Origin: Deltaproteobacteria bacterium
GTDB lineage: Bacteria > Myxococcota_A > Polyangia > Haliangiales > Haliangiaceae
NCBI GenBank assembly: GCA_013812655.1
Contig: JACCTC010000317.1
Location: 19,002-83,001 of the forward strand
DNA length: 64,000 nucleotides
Direction: 5' to 3'
A model generated the notes under the pieces. It did no database searches, was not told the origin of the DNA, and saw nothing but the letters and a program-made list of their open reading frames with translations. Positions 13,382 through 23,958 of this stretch are shown in pieces. How positions within the stretch are numbered: the first letter of the stretch is position 1; the number at the start of each line of letters is the position of its first letter. Position numbers and translations under genes: made by a program.

Positions 13382-13987
13382 ATGCGGATCCGCCAGCACG
13401 TCAACCCGAACCAGGCGCACTTCGCGCGGTTTCGCGGCGACCGCCCTCCACTCGATCACCGGCTCGTCGAGGTCGAGATCGGCTGTGCCGAGGCGCAGTT
13501 CCTGTTCGAGCGCGCCGCGGCGGATCCGACGCGACTCTATGTCGGGCTCGAGATCCGCGAGGACCTCACGCGGATCGTCAACCGGCGGGCGCGCGCCCTC
13601 GCGGCACCGGTTCACGCGGTGTTCTGCCAGGCGCAGCTGCACATCTCCGAGATCTTCCCGGCCGGATCGATCGAGCGCGTCTACCTCAACTTTCCCGATC
13701 CGTGGTTCAAGCGCCGCCACCACGAGCGCCGGATGATCGACGACGCGCTCGCGAGCGGGATCGCGCACGCCGTCCGTGCGGGCGGCGACGTGTTCGTCCA
13801 GACCGATGTCTGGGAGATCGCGCTCGACGCGATGGCGACGTTCGACCCCGACGAGCGCTTCGAGAACGTCGCCGGCGAGTGGACGTTCTGGAAGCACGGC
13901 AATCCCTACGGCGTGCGGTCGTGGCGCGAGCAGAACGCCGAGGAGACCGGGCTCACCGTGTGGCGCATCATGTATCGCCGTCGCTAG
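13382..13987 (+). CDS. trmB: tRNA (guanine-N7)-methyltransferase
   Basis: 201 aa: MRIRQHVNP...EIGCA...YLNFPDPWFKRRHHERR, the TrmB signature. Confidence 0.85.
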   Translation: MRIRQHVNPNQAHFARFRGDRPPLDHRLVEVEIGCAEAQFLFERAAADPTRLYVGLEIREDLTRIVNRRARALAAPVHAVFCQAQLHISEIFPAGSIERVYLNFPDPWFKRRHHERRMIDDALASGIAHAVRAGGDVFVQTDVWEIALDAMATFDPDERFENVAGEWTFWKHGNPYGVRSWREQNAEETGLTVWRIMYRRR

Positions 13988-14361
13988 CTCTCGGCGAGCG
14001 CGGCCTGTGCGAACGCGGTCAGATCGACACCGTCGATCACGGTGACGCCGCGCCCGATCACGCGGAGCAGCAACGTCACGCCGATCGGCGTCGGTGCGAG
14101 CTGGTACGACGCGACGATCGCGAGCTCGTAGCCGGGGATCCGCTCGATCAGCTGCACGATCGCCCACCATGGACTGAAGCCGTCGCGGTGCTGGTACCGA
14201 TCGAGCGCGCGCAGCAGCGGATCGACGGCCTCGACGAGGTTGCCCGGCCGAGCTGCGAGCTCGTCGACGAGCGCCTGCAACGGCGACCAGTCAGGCTCGC
14301 CGAGCGGATCGGGTTGAAACCGATCGAGCTCGACGAGCACTTCGCGAAGCGTGCGCAGCAT
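13984..14361 (-). CDS. Hypothetical protein (125 aa) translationally coupled to the WYL regulator
   Basis: The start at 14361 forms an ATGA overlap with the stop of the upstream regulator. The translation begins [26 protein letters not shown] recognise no family. Confidence 0.5.
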   Translation of the reverse strand: MLRTLREVLVELDRFQPDPLGEPDWSPLQALVDELAARPGNLVEAVDPLLRALDRYQHRDGFSPWWAIVQLIERIPGYELAIVASYQLAPTPIGVTLLLRVIGRGVTVIDGVDLTAFAQAALAES

Positions 14362-15005
14362 CAGCTCGGGTTTGCATCCATGACGGTGGCCTGCTTGATC
14401 TTGTCGAGCCGGAACTGGCGATCGTTGCCGGTCTCGAGGTCGATGCAGTTGAGCAGCGTGATCTGACGATCGAACACGAGGTTGCGAATCTTCACGAGTC
14501 GACGCGTGAGCTCCCACGCTTTCTTCTCGTAGACGATGCGGAGCGCGCGTGACTCGAACCATGCGGTCTCGATCGCGTCGCGCACGGTGGCCGGGATCGG
14601 CAGGGCAGGGACCCCGACGAGCTGGAGCTCGCCGACCACTCCGAGGAGCTCGCGCTGGGCCGAGGTCGAAAGCGCCGCGCGGACCTTGTCGGCGGCACGC
14701 TCGATCGCGTTCGGAAACGGGATGAGTCGCTGCTCGATTGCGAGTCGGGCCAGCGCGACGAGCAAGGCAGCCTCGCGTGCCGTGAAGTTCACCGGCGGCA
14801 GCTGATAGTTCTTGTCGAGCGCGTAGCCGCCGCCGCGTCCGCGGTCGGCCCGGATCGGCATTCCGGCATCTTGCAGAGCCTCGAGATCCCGGTAGATCGT
14901 CCGGAGCGTCACGCCAAACCGCTCGGCGAGCTGACCGGCCGTCACCCCGGTCCGCCGAGCTCGCAGGGCCTCGGCGATGGCGAACAATCTGCTCTTTCTT
15001 CGCAC
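14361..15005 (-). CDS. YafY-family transcriptional regulator (HTH plus WYL domain)
   Basis: N-terminal [45 protein letters not shown] (DeoR-like HTH). The C-terminal part (RIVYEKK...[27 protein letters not shown]) is WYL-like. Confidence 0.8.
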   Translation of the reverse strand: MRRKSRLFAIAEALRARRTGVTAGQLAERFGVTLRTIYRDLEALQDAGMPIRADRGRGGGYALDKNYQLPPVNFTAREAALLVALARLAIEQRLIPFPNAIERAADKVRAALSTSAQRELLGVVGELQLVGVPALPIPATVRDAIETAWFESRALRIVYEKKAWELTRRLVKIRNLVFDRQITLLNCIDLETGNDRQFRLDKIKQATVMDANPS

Positions 15006-15074
15006 GACAGGTTCAAACCTGACAAAAGGCTGTCACGGCAGGGTTCCAAGGTCCACCCACAAAGGAGAAAGACC

Positions 15075-15527
15075 ATGACCACCAAGAATACACTTCCGCG
15101 TCCCGAAGGCCATCACACGATCACTCCAGGCTTCATCGTCCCCGGTGCGGCGAAGGTCATCACGTTCCTCGAGGCTGCGTTCGGCGCGAAGGTCGTCGAC
15201 CGCTACGACGGCCCGAACGGCGCCGTGATGCACGCCGAGCTGATGATCGGCGACTCGGTCGTGATGCTCGGCGACCCCTCGCCGGAATGCGACGCGATGC
15301 CCGCGTCACTTTCGTACTACGTCGCGACGGGCGCCGACGTCGACACCACGTACCAGCGCGCGCTCGCGAACGGCGCGACGTCGCTGATGGAGCCGAAGAA
15401 CCAGTTCTATGGGTACCGCAGCGCGAGCGTGAAGGACGCGGGCGGCAACCGGTGGACGATCTGCGCGGTCATCGAGCCGCTCTCCCGCGAGGAGATCGCG
15501 CGCCGCATGCAGGACATGCCCCACTGA
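15075..15527 (+). CDS. VOC/glyoxalase-family protein (PhnB-like)
   Basis: AAAGGAG RBS 7 nt before ATG 15075. 150 aa with ...[14 protein letters not shown]... and ...[12 protein letters not shown]. It is divergent from the WYL regulator. Confidence 0.75.
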   Translation: MTTKNTLPRPEGHHTITPGFIVPGAAKVITFLEAAFGAKVVDRYDGPNGAVMHAELMIGDSVVMLGDPSPECDAMPASLSYYVATGADVDTTYQRALANGATSLMEPKNQFYGYRSASVKDAGGNRWTICAVIEPLSREEIARRMQDMPH

Positions 15528-15531
15528 AAGC

Positions 15532-17664
<2,133 letters not shown>

Positions 17665-17665
17665 C

Positions 17666-18295
17666 GTGCGCGCCGCCGACGTGATCACCGGGTTCTATGC
17701 CGTGCTCGATCGCGACGACGAGGCGCTCGCACGCGTGCTCGTCGGTGCCGGCGGCGCCCGCGTCCTCCAGATCCGGCTCAAGCCGCGAGGCTCGGCTGCA
17801 GGTGCTGATGCGCGCGATGTCGTGCGGGTCGCGCGGATGGCGCGCCAGGTCTGCGACGAGGTCGGTGCCGCGCTCGTGATCAACGACCGGGTCGACATCG
17901 CCCTCGCGGTCGGCGCCGACGGCGTGCATCTCGGGCAGACCGATCTGCCGCTCGCGGATGCCCGCCGGATCGCCGGCGATCGGCTGTGGATCGGCGTGTC
18001 GACCCACGATGTGGCCCAGGTTCGGGCGGCGTGTGCGGGCGGCGCCGACTATCTCGGCTTCGGTCCGATCTTCGCGACGGCGACCAAGGCGTCACCCGAT
18101 GCGGTGCAGGGGCTCGATCGGCTGCGTGCGGCGGTCGAGGCCGCAGGGCAGGTGCCCATCGTCGCGATCGGCGGGATCACGTCGAGTGCCGCAAGCTCCG
18201 TTTACGAGACCGGCGCAGCCGCGATCTGTGCGATTGGCGCGGTACTCGACGAGGCCGATGTAGGTGCTGCAGCCCGTGCGCTAGCTAGAAGGTAA
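17666..18295 (+). CDS. thiE: Thiamine-phosphate synthase
   Basis: 209 aa starting at a GTG 2 nt after the uvrB stop. Motifs LQIRLK, INDRVDIALAVGADGVHLGQ, GFGPIFAT and IVAIGGI. Confidence 0.85.
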   Translation: MRAADVITGFYAVLDRDDEALARVLVGAGGARVLQIRLKPRGSAAGADARDVVRVARMARQVCDEVGAALVINDRVDIALAVGADGVHLGQTDLPLADARRIAGDRLWIGVSTHDVAQVRAACAGGADYLGFGPIFATATKASPDAVQGLDRLRAAVEAAGQVPIVAIGGITSSAASSVYETGAAAICAIGAVLDEADVGAAARALARR

Positions 18296-18418
18296 GTCTT
18301 GGACATTGCGCGACAATCCGGCCTGTAGCACGATAGGAATCACGCGCGGGCAGGGTGAATAAGCTCGCGCGGCGATTCGTCTCAGCTTTCCAACCCGCAT
18401 CACGAGGGACTTCACGCC

Positions 18419-18712
18419 ATGGCCAAGCTCGGGCTCTTCCTGTCCATCACCACGATCATCGGCGCGCTGTCGTTCGCCGGCCTGTCGTCCCCTGCTGCGG
18501 CCGACGCGCCGTGCGTGACCAAGGTGTTCAAGACCGAGCTCGCGAAGAACGCGTGCGCCAAGGGCGGCCAGAAGGCAGCCAAGGACGCGATGAAGGCGTG
18601 GAACAAGGAAAAGAAGATCAAGAGCTGCAACCAGTGCCACTCCAAGCTCGCGCCGAACTACGAGCTGAAGAAGGACGGCCTGGATCAGTTCAAGAAGCTC
18701 GGCGGCAAGTAG
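18419..18712 (+). CDS. Small secreted protein with a single CxxCH motif (possible mono-haem cytochrome c-like)
   Basis: 97 aa with signal peptide MAKLGLFLSITTIIGALSFAGLSSPAAADA, a Lys-rich mature part and CNQCH near the C-terminus. Confidence 0.5.
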   Translation: MAKLGLFLSITTIIGALSFAGLSSPAAADAPCVTKVFKTELAKNACAKGGQKAAKDAMKAWNKEKKIKSCNQCHSKLAPNYELKKDGLDQFKKLGGK

Positions 18713-18730
18713 CGCGCGCGGGCGCGGCGC

Positions 18731-19540
18731 TCACGCCGAGCACTTCGCCTTGGTCTTCGCGTCCTTCTTGAGCGTTGCATCGAGGTCTGTCGCCTGCTTG
18801 GTGACGTTGGACTTCGGATACCTCGACTTGATGATCCCGAGGTACGTGCGCGCCTCGGTGCACTGCTTGAGCTGCTGCGCGGCAAGCGCGGCGAAGTAGA
18901 GCCCGTCGTCGGTCAGCGCGCTGTCCGGATACTTGTCGAGCAGGATCTGGTAGACACCGATCGACCTCTCCCAGTCCTTGAGGTTCGTGTGGCTCTGGCC
19001 ACGGAAGTAGACCGCGTCGTCTGCGCGTTCGTGCGTCGGGAACGACTGCGCGAGCCGCTTGAAGATATCGATCGCGTCGTTGTAGCGAGCGGCCTCGAAC
19101 GCCGTCGAGCCCAGCTTCCACAGGTCGTCGGGTGACGAGCTCGCGCTCGGCTTGCCGCTCTCGAGCTGACCGAGGCGTTGCTCGAGCTGATCGAGGCGGG
19201 CGTCGTGCTGCTTGCGATATGCCTCGAACGCGGTCTTCAGCTCGTTGATCGAGTTGTTGATCGTCGTGACCAGGCCGTTCGCGGTGCGGACGTCGTTGCG
19301 GAGCTGGTCGACGTCGGCGCCGAGGTCGGCGCTGTTGCGTTTGAGCAGCTTCGAGGAGTCGTCGAGGACCTGCTGCAGCTGGACGATCTGGTCGTCGAGC
19401 GCCTTCTGCTTCGCCGCCATCTGCTCCTGCAGCTTGGTGACGTCCTTACGGAGCGCCTCGCCCTCGCTCTTCGTGGTGGCCCAGAAGCAGCCGCCCAGCA
19501 GGACCGAACAGGATGCAAGAATCGCCAGCTTCGTCGACAT
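18731..19540 (-). CDS. cpoB: Tol-Pal associated protein YbgF/CpoB-like (coiled coil plus TPR)
   Basis: AAGGAG lies 4 nt before ATG 19540. Lipoprotein-like signal LAILASCSVLLGGC, then an N-terminal coiled coil and C-terminal TPR (YFRGQSH...YPDS...DGLYFAA). It sits immediately downstream of pal. Confidence 0.7.
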   Translation of the reverse strand: MSTKLAILASCSVLLGGCFWATTKSEGEALRKDVTKLQEQMAAKQKALDDQIVQLQQVLDDSSKLLKRNSADLGADVDQLRNDVRTANGLVTTINNSINELKTAFEAYRKQHDARLDQLEQRLGQLESGKPSASSSPDDLWKLGSTAFEAARYNDAIDIFKRLAQSFPTHERADDAVYFRGQSHTNLKDWERSIGVYQILLDKYPDSALTDDGLYFAALAAQQLKQCTEARTYLGIIKSRYPKSNVTKQATDLDATLKKDAKTKAKCSA

Positions 19541-19548
19541 CGTGCTCC

Positions 19549-20322
19549 TTAGTGCCACTGAAACTCGCAGCGGCGATCCTTGTCATCACCCAGCCCGGTC
19601 GGCTCGGTCTCGCCCTTCGGCACGACCTGCAGCCGCGCCGGATCGGTGCCGAGCCGCGACATGTAATCGGCGACCGACTGCGCGCGGCGCTCGGAGAGCG
19701 CGATGTTGTACTCCTCGGTGCCCGACGTATCGGTGTGCCCCATGAGGAACACCGCCTTGCCCTTGGTCTTCTCGATGCACTGCGCGTTGGCGTCGAGTCG
19801 GTCGCGCTCGCTCGCCTGAATGCTCGCGTCGTCGAAGCCGAAGTACACCGTCGAGAGCGGGCACGACGCGTCGGTCACGCCGCCCGAGCCCGCCTTCTTG
19901 CAGAACCCGTTCACGCAGTCCTCGTCGTCGGCGCAGTCCTCGTCCTTCACGCACTTGTTCGCGCGCTTGCACGCGCCGGAGTCACAGCTGCCGCCGGGGC
20001 CGCAGTCGGCGTCCGCCGCGCACGGCTTGCACTTGCCGGCCTGACAGACCTGGCCGGTCGGGCACTGCTCATCCTTCGTGCACTCCGGCGCCGCGATGCA
20101 CGCGTTCGCGCTGCACCGCTTGCCCTTCGGGCAGCCCGCGTCGTCCTTGCACTCCACGCACTTGTTGTTGTCGCAGACCTGGCCGGCCTTGCAGTCCTTG
20201 TCGGCCTTGCACCCGGGCTTCTTCGTCTTGTCGCCGCAGGCGGCGAGCCCCAAGACGAGGAAAGACCCGAGCACCATGGCGAGGATCGTCACCAGACAGG
20301 CCTCGATGGACGCTCGACTCAT
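19549..20322 (-). CDS. pal: Peptidoglycan-associated lipoprotein (OmpA family) with Cys-rich repeat insert
   Basis: Lipobox LGLAAC. Five CxxxxxCxxGxxC-type repeats. C-terminal OmpA domain (VYFGFDDASI...GHTDTSGTEEYNIALSERRA). Confidence 0.8.
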   Translation of the reverse strand: MSRASIEACLVTILAMVLGSFLVLGLAACGDKTKKPGCKADKDCKAGQVCDNNKCVECKDDAGCPKGKRCSANACIAAPECTKDEQCPTGQVCQAGKCKPCAADADCGPGGSCDSGACKRANKCVKDEDCADDEDCVNGFCKKAGSGGVTDASCPLSTVYFGFDDASIQASERDRLDANAQCIEKTKGKAVFLMGHTDTSGTEEYNIALSERRAQSVADYMSRLGTDPARLQVVPKGETEPTGLGDDKDRRCEFQWH

Positions 20323-20390
20323 GGCAGGAACCTAAAGGGCCAAGCCACGTTAGTCAAATCGGCGGGTCCATCTGGTAGGGTCGCAAAGCG

Positions 20391-21767
20391 ATGGCACGAA
20401 GCACGATCCTGGTCATCGACGACGAGCCGAACATCCTCAAGACCGTCCGGACGTCGCTCGAGCTCGAGGGCTTTCGCGTCGAGGTCGCGAACAACGCCGG
20501 GACCGGGCTCGCGAAGGTCACCGAGCACGACATCGATCTCGTGCTGCTCGACGTCATGATGCCGGGCGAGAGCGGGCTCGACCTGCTCCCGAAGCTCCGC
20601 GTCGCCAGCCCGACCACCGTCGTCGTGATGATGTCGGGCAACGCCACGATCGAGACCGCGGTGCAGGCGACCAAGGGCGGCGCCCACGACTTCGTCGAGA
20701 AGCCGCTGTCGGGCGACAAGCTGCTGATCACCGTGCAGAACGCGTTGCAGTTCGCGCGGCTCTCGCACGAGCATCAGCGGCAGCGCGGCCGCGTGCAGGC
20801 CGACTTCGCGATGGTCGGGCGCGGCGCGGCGATGCGCGCGATCTTCGACAAGGTCAGCAAGACCGCGCCAACAACCGGCCGCGTGCTGATCACCGGCGAG
20901 AACGGGACCGGCAAGGAGCTCGTCGCCCGCGCGATCCACGAGCACAGCAAGCGCGCCGACGGCCCGTTCGTGAAGCTCAACTGTGCCGCGATTCCATCGG
21001 AGCTGATCGAGAGCGAGCTGTTCGGTCACGAGAAGGGCGCCTTCACGGGTGCGACGCAGCAGCGCCGCGGAAAATTCGAGCTCGCGGACGGCGGAACGCT
21101 GTTTCTCGACGAGATCGGCGACATGAATCCGAGCGCGCAGGCCAAGGTGCTGCGCGTCCTCCAGGAGAACGAGCTCGAGCGTGTGGGCGGCGCCGAGACC
21201 ATCAAGGTCGATGTCCGCGTGGTCGCCGCGACGAACAAGGATCTGGCGGCGGAGATCGCGGCACACCGGTTTCGCGAGGATCTCTACTACCGGCTCGCTG
21301 TCGTGCCGATCGAGCTCCCGCCGCTGCGCGCGCGTCGCGAGGACATTCCGGCGCTCGCCGAGCACTTCCTGCAGCAAGTTTGCACCGACAACGGGCGCAA
21401 GCAGAAGAAGCTCGCCCCGAGTGCGATGACCTTGATCATGCAGCACGAGTGGCCGGGGAACGTGCGCGAGCTGAAGAACGTCGTCGAGCGGCTCGCGATC
21501 CTCACTGGCGATGCCGACGTCATCACCGAGGCGGACGTCGGCGACGCGTTGCCGCGGGTCAAGGCCGTGAAGGCTGACTTCGCGCGCGGCACGCCGTTCA
21601 AGGATCTGGTCGCCGCTGCCGAGCGCGAGATCATCATGGCCGCGCTCGAGGCCAACGATCACCACGTCTCGAACACCGCGCGCGAGCTCCAGCTCGAGCG
21701 CAGTCACCTCTACAAGAAGATGCGCGCGCTCGGCATCGACCACCGCGCCGACGAAGACGCTAGCTAA
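20391..21767 (+). CDS. Sigma54-dependent response regulator (NtrC family)
   Basis: REC domain (ILVIDDEPNI...DLVLLDVMMPG), AAA+ domain (GENGTGKELVA, GAFTGA) and C-terminal Fis-type HTH. Confidence 0.9.
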   Translation: MARSTILVIDDEPNILKTVRTSLELEGFRVEVANNAGTGLAKVTEHDIDLVLLDVMMPGESGLDLLPKLRVASPTTVVVMMSGNATIETAVQATKGGAHDFVEKPLSGDKLLITVQNALQFARLSHEHQRQRGRVQADFAMVGRGAAMRAIFDKVSKTAPTTGRVLITGENGTGKELVARAIHEHSKRADGPFVKLNCAAIPSELIESELFGHEKGAFTGATQQRRGKFELADGGTLFLDEIGDMNPSAQAKVLRVLQENELERVGGAETIKVDVRVVAATNKDLAAEIAAHRFREDLYYRLAVVPIELPPLRARREDIPALAEHFLQQVCTDNGRKQKKLAPSAMTLIMQHEWPGNVRELKNVVERLAILTGDADVITEADVGDALPRVKAVKADFARGTPFKDLVAAAEREIIMAALEANDHHVSNTARELQLERSHLYKKMRALGIDHRADEDAS

Positions 21768-23356
21768 CGGGCTCCGGCGCCAGGTCCGGCGCCAGGTCCG
21801 GCGCTAGATCCGGCGCCATCGGCGGGCGGGTAGATGACGCGCGCGCGCACCGCCGAGCCCGAGCGATCCGGATCGAGCTGACTGGTGTCGGTCCACGCCG
21901 CCACGAACGCATCGCCGGGGAGCGCTGCGGCGGACGGTCCGAGCTGGTTGCCCGAGGTCGTCGTCGCGAGCGAGAAATCGGTTCCAACCGGCACGCCGGC
22001 GGGGTTGATCAGCTTGCCGAACACGCCGCACAGGTTGCCGTCGCCGCGCTCGTCGCACGCATGCCAGACCACGAGCAGCGTGCCATCTGGCTTCGCGGCG
22101 ACGCCGAACGCCTGATTGGACGGAAAGTCCGTGCCGCTGCGATCGGTCACGATCACCGGCGTCCCGACCATCATGCCCGCGTTGTTGGTCCGTACCATCT
22201 CGATGCGACCAGGGCCGACGGCGCCGGTGATCAGCGACCAGCGCATGAAGATCGCGAAGCCGCCGCCGGGCAACGGCGCGACGCGTGCATGATCGATCTC
22301 CTCGGTGGCGGTCTTGCCGGCGAGCAGGGCGTCGGTGCCGCCGAGGTACGTGTTCGCGTTGGTCGCGAGCCGGATGCGGACCGTGCCGTCGAGGATCCAC
22401 GCGTAGAGGATGCGATCGGCGCTCGCCGTCACCGAGCTGTTGCGCGGGCTGCCGGTGCCGGCCGTCGTCGAGGCCGCAGTCACCGCGTTGAGCAGCCCGC
22501 AGTCCGGCTTGACGACGGCGGTCCGGATCTCGTTGACCGTGGTCGCGCGACCGTCCCACGCGATCGCGAAGTTGCCGTTCGAGAGCGGCGTCACCGACAC
22601 GAGGTTCGGGAACGCATCGGGAGACACCACGATCTGTCCCGAGCTCGCCGCGCCGTTCGCATCGATCGACCGGCACTCGATCGCGTGGACGCTCGTCATC
22701 GCAGGATCGGTCGAGTTCCACACCACGAGCGTCGTCGTGCCATTGGCGGCGACCGCCGGCGTCGTGAACGACGTGGTCAACTTGGTCGACACCGCGAACG
22801 AGTTGGTGCCGGCGGCGAGCGCCGAGGTCGCGGGGCGTCCCGCCTCGTCGAAGCGACGCGCGAGCACGTGACACGGCGTCGTGCAGGCATCGCGATAGCC
22901 CACGGTCCAGGTCCCGGCGGTCGTGGCAGCGAGCTGAAAGCCATGCTCGCTCGCGAAGCCGCTCAGCTCCTGGTCGTCGGCGAAGTCGGTGTTGACCACG
23001 AAGTCGACGCTGTCGATCATCACGCTCGCCGTCTCGGCGTCGACCGTGGTCTGTCCGGTGCCGCGGCCCGCGAGCCCACCGTCTTCGCGCAGCGCCTCGA
23101 CGGCGATCCCGACGTCGCCGGTGCGTCCGCTCGCCGAGACCGAGAACGTGATCGGCAACGTCTTGCCGGCGAGAACAAAATCCTCGGACACGGCCGAGCT
23201 CTCGTTGGAGAGCGTGACCTTGAGTCGCGCGACATCGAACACCGCGGGCCGCGCCTCGACCGTCACGACGACGTACGTGCCGTCACCGCCGCACGCGGCG
23301 AGCACGAGCAGCGGGACGAGCGAGGCCAGGCGTCGGGAGATCGAAGAGGCCCGCAG
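21764..23356 (-). CDS. Repeat-containing lipoprotein (beta-propeller-like), start uncertain
   Basis: Signal/lipobox RRLASLVPLLVLAACGG. Recurrent G.F.V.W motifs (GNFAIAWDG, GGFAIFMRW, GTLLVVWHA, DAFVAAWTD). No ATG/GTG/TTG lies between the upstream stop and the signal peptide, so CTG 23356 is proposed. The C-terminal GPGAGPGAG tail is encoded by a 12-bp x4 tandem repeat at 21769-21816. Confidence 0.55.
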   Translation of the reverse strand: MRASSISRRLASLVPLLVLAACGGDGTYVVVTVEARPAVFDVARLKVTLSNESSAVSEDFVLAGKTLPITFSVSASGRTGDVGIAVEALREDGGLAGRGTGQTTVDAETASVMIDSVDFVVNTDFADDQELSGFASEHGFQLAATTAGTWTVGYRDACTTPCHVLARRFDEAGRPATSALAAGTNSFAVSTKLTTSFTTPAVAANGTTTLVVWNSTDPAMTSVHAIECRSIDANGAASSGQIVVSPDAFPNLVSVTPLSNGNFAIAWDGRATTVNEIRTAVVKPDCGLLNAVTAASTTAGTGSPRNSSVTASADRILYAWILDGTVRIRLATNANTYLGGTDALLAGKTATEEIDHARVAPLPGGGFAIFMRWSLITGAVGPGRIEMVRTNNAGMMVGTPVIVTDRSGTDFPSNQAFGVAAKPDGTLLVVWHACDERGDGNLCGVFGKLINPAGVPVGTDFSLATTTSGNQLGPSAAALPGDAFVAAWTDTSQLDPDRSGSAVRARVIYPPADGAGSSAGPGAGPGAGAR

Positions 23357-23394
23357 CGAGGAAGGGCAAGAGGAGCGACGCGCCGGCGCCTGCC

Positions 23395-23958
23395 TCACTT
23401 GTCGAACTCGAAGTGGTAGTCGGCGTCCGGCGGGCCGCCCGAGCGCGTGGCGACGTAGATGCCGACGCCGCCCGCCGCTCCCACCACCGCGATGCCGGTC
23501 CAGAACCACCATTTCTTGTAGATCGGCTTACCGTCGGATGTCTCTGTCGGCCCGTCGTCAGGTTCTCGCTTCTTCTTACCGAGGCCCATCCGCGCGGAAT
23601 TGCCGGCGGCTTGCTTCTCCTCGAGGTCGGCGATCAGGCTCTCGACCTTCTCGCGGTTGTCGGTCTCGGGATCGAGCTTGAGGTAGCGCTTGAAGCTGAA
23701 GATCGCGGCTTCGTAGTCGCCGAGGTTGCGCTGGCACTGGCCGATGTTGAACAGGAAGTCCGGGATCGGCTTGGCGTCGAACGCCTTCTGAAACTGCTCG
23801 AGCGCGTCCTCGAACTTCTGTAGCCCGAACAGCTTCTGGCCGCGCTCGTAGTGCCGCTTCGCCGCGCGCTCGGCCACATCCTCGGCGTGTGCGGCTCGTG
23901 TGAAGGCGAGCAGCGCGAAGCAGGTCGCGATCAGGATGCGTGGCACGGCCCGGGTCAT
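23395..23958 (-). CDS. TPR-repeat protein with signal peptide and C-terminal TM helix
   Basis: The start at 23958 forms an ATGA overlap with the kinase stop. MTRAVPRILIATCFALLAFTRAAHA, then TPR (YERGQKLF...FNIGQCQRNLGDYEAAI), then WWFWTGIAVVGAAGGVGIYV. Confidence 0.7.
   Translation of the reverse strand: MTRAVPRILIATCFALLAFTRAAHAEDVAERAAKRHYERGQKLFGLQKFEDALEQFQKAFDAKPIPDFLFNIGQCQRNLGDYEAAIFSFKRYLKLDPETDNREKVESLIADLEEKQAAGNSARMGLGKKKREPDDGPTETSDGKPIYKKWWFWTGIAVVGAAGGVGIYVATRSGGPPDADYHFEFDK

Noticed and set aside
19540-19565. TGGCAC on the minus strand near the pal/cpoB junction, considered as a sigma54 promoter
   Set aside because: The GG-to-GC spacing is one nt short. The sequence is inside the pal coding end and overlaps the AAGGAG RBS of cpoB.
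20319-21743. 474-aa minus-strand ORF opposite the NtrC-family gene
   Set aside because: It is the mirror frame of a gene with clear REC/AAA+/HTH motifs and has no independent signals.
21769-21816. Short tandem repeats (12 bp x4 here; also 24486-24521, 42800-42901, 35896-36275 and 59521-59660) considered as possible CRISPR or VNTR loci
   Set aside because: All are in frame inside coding regions and encode low-complexity peptide repeats. They have no spacer-repeat architecture and no cas genes, so they are not CRISPR.
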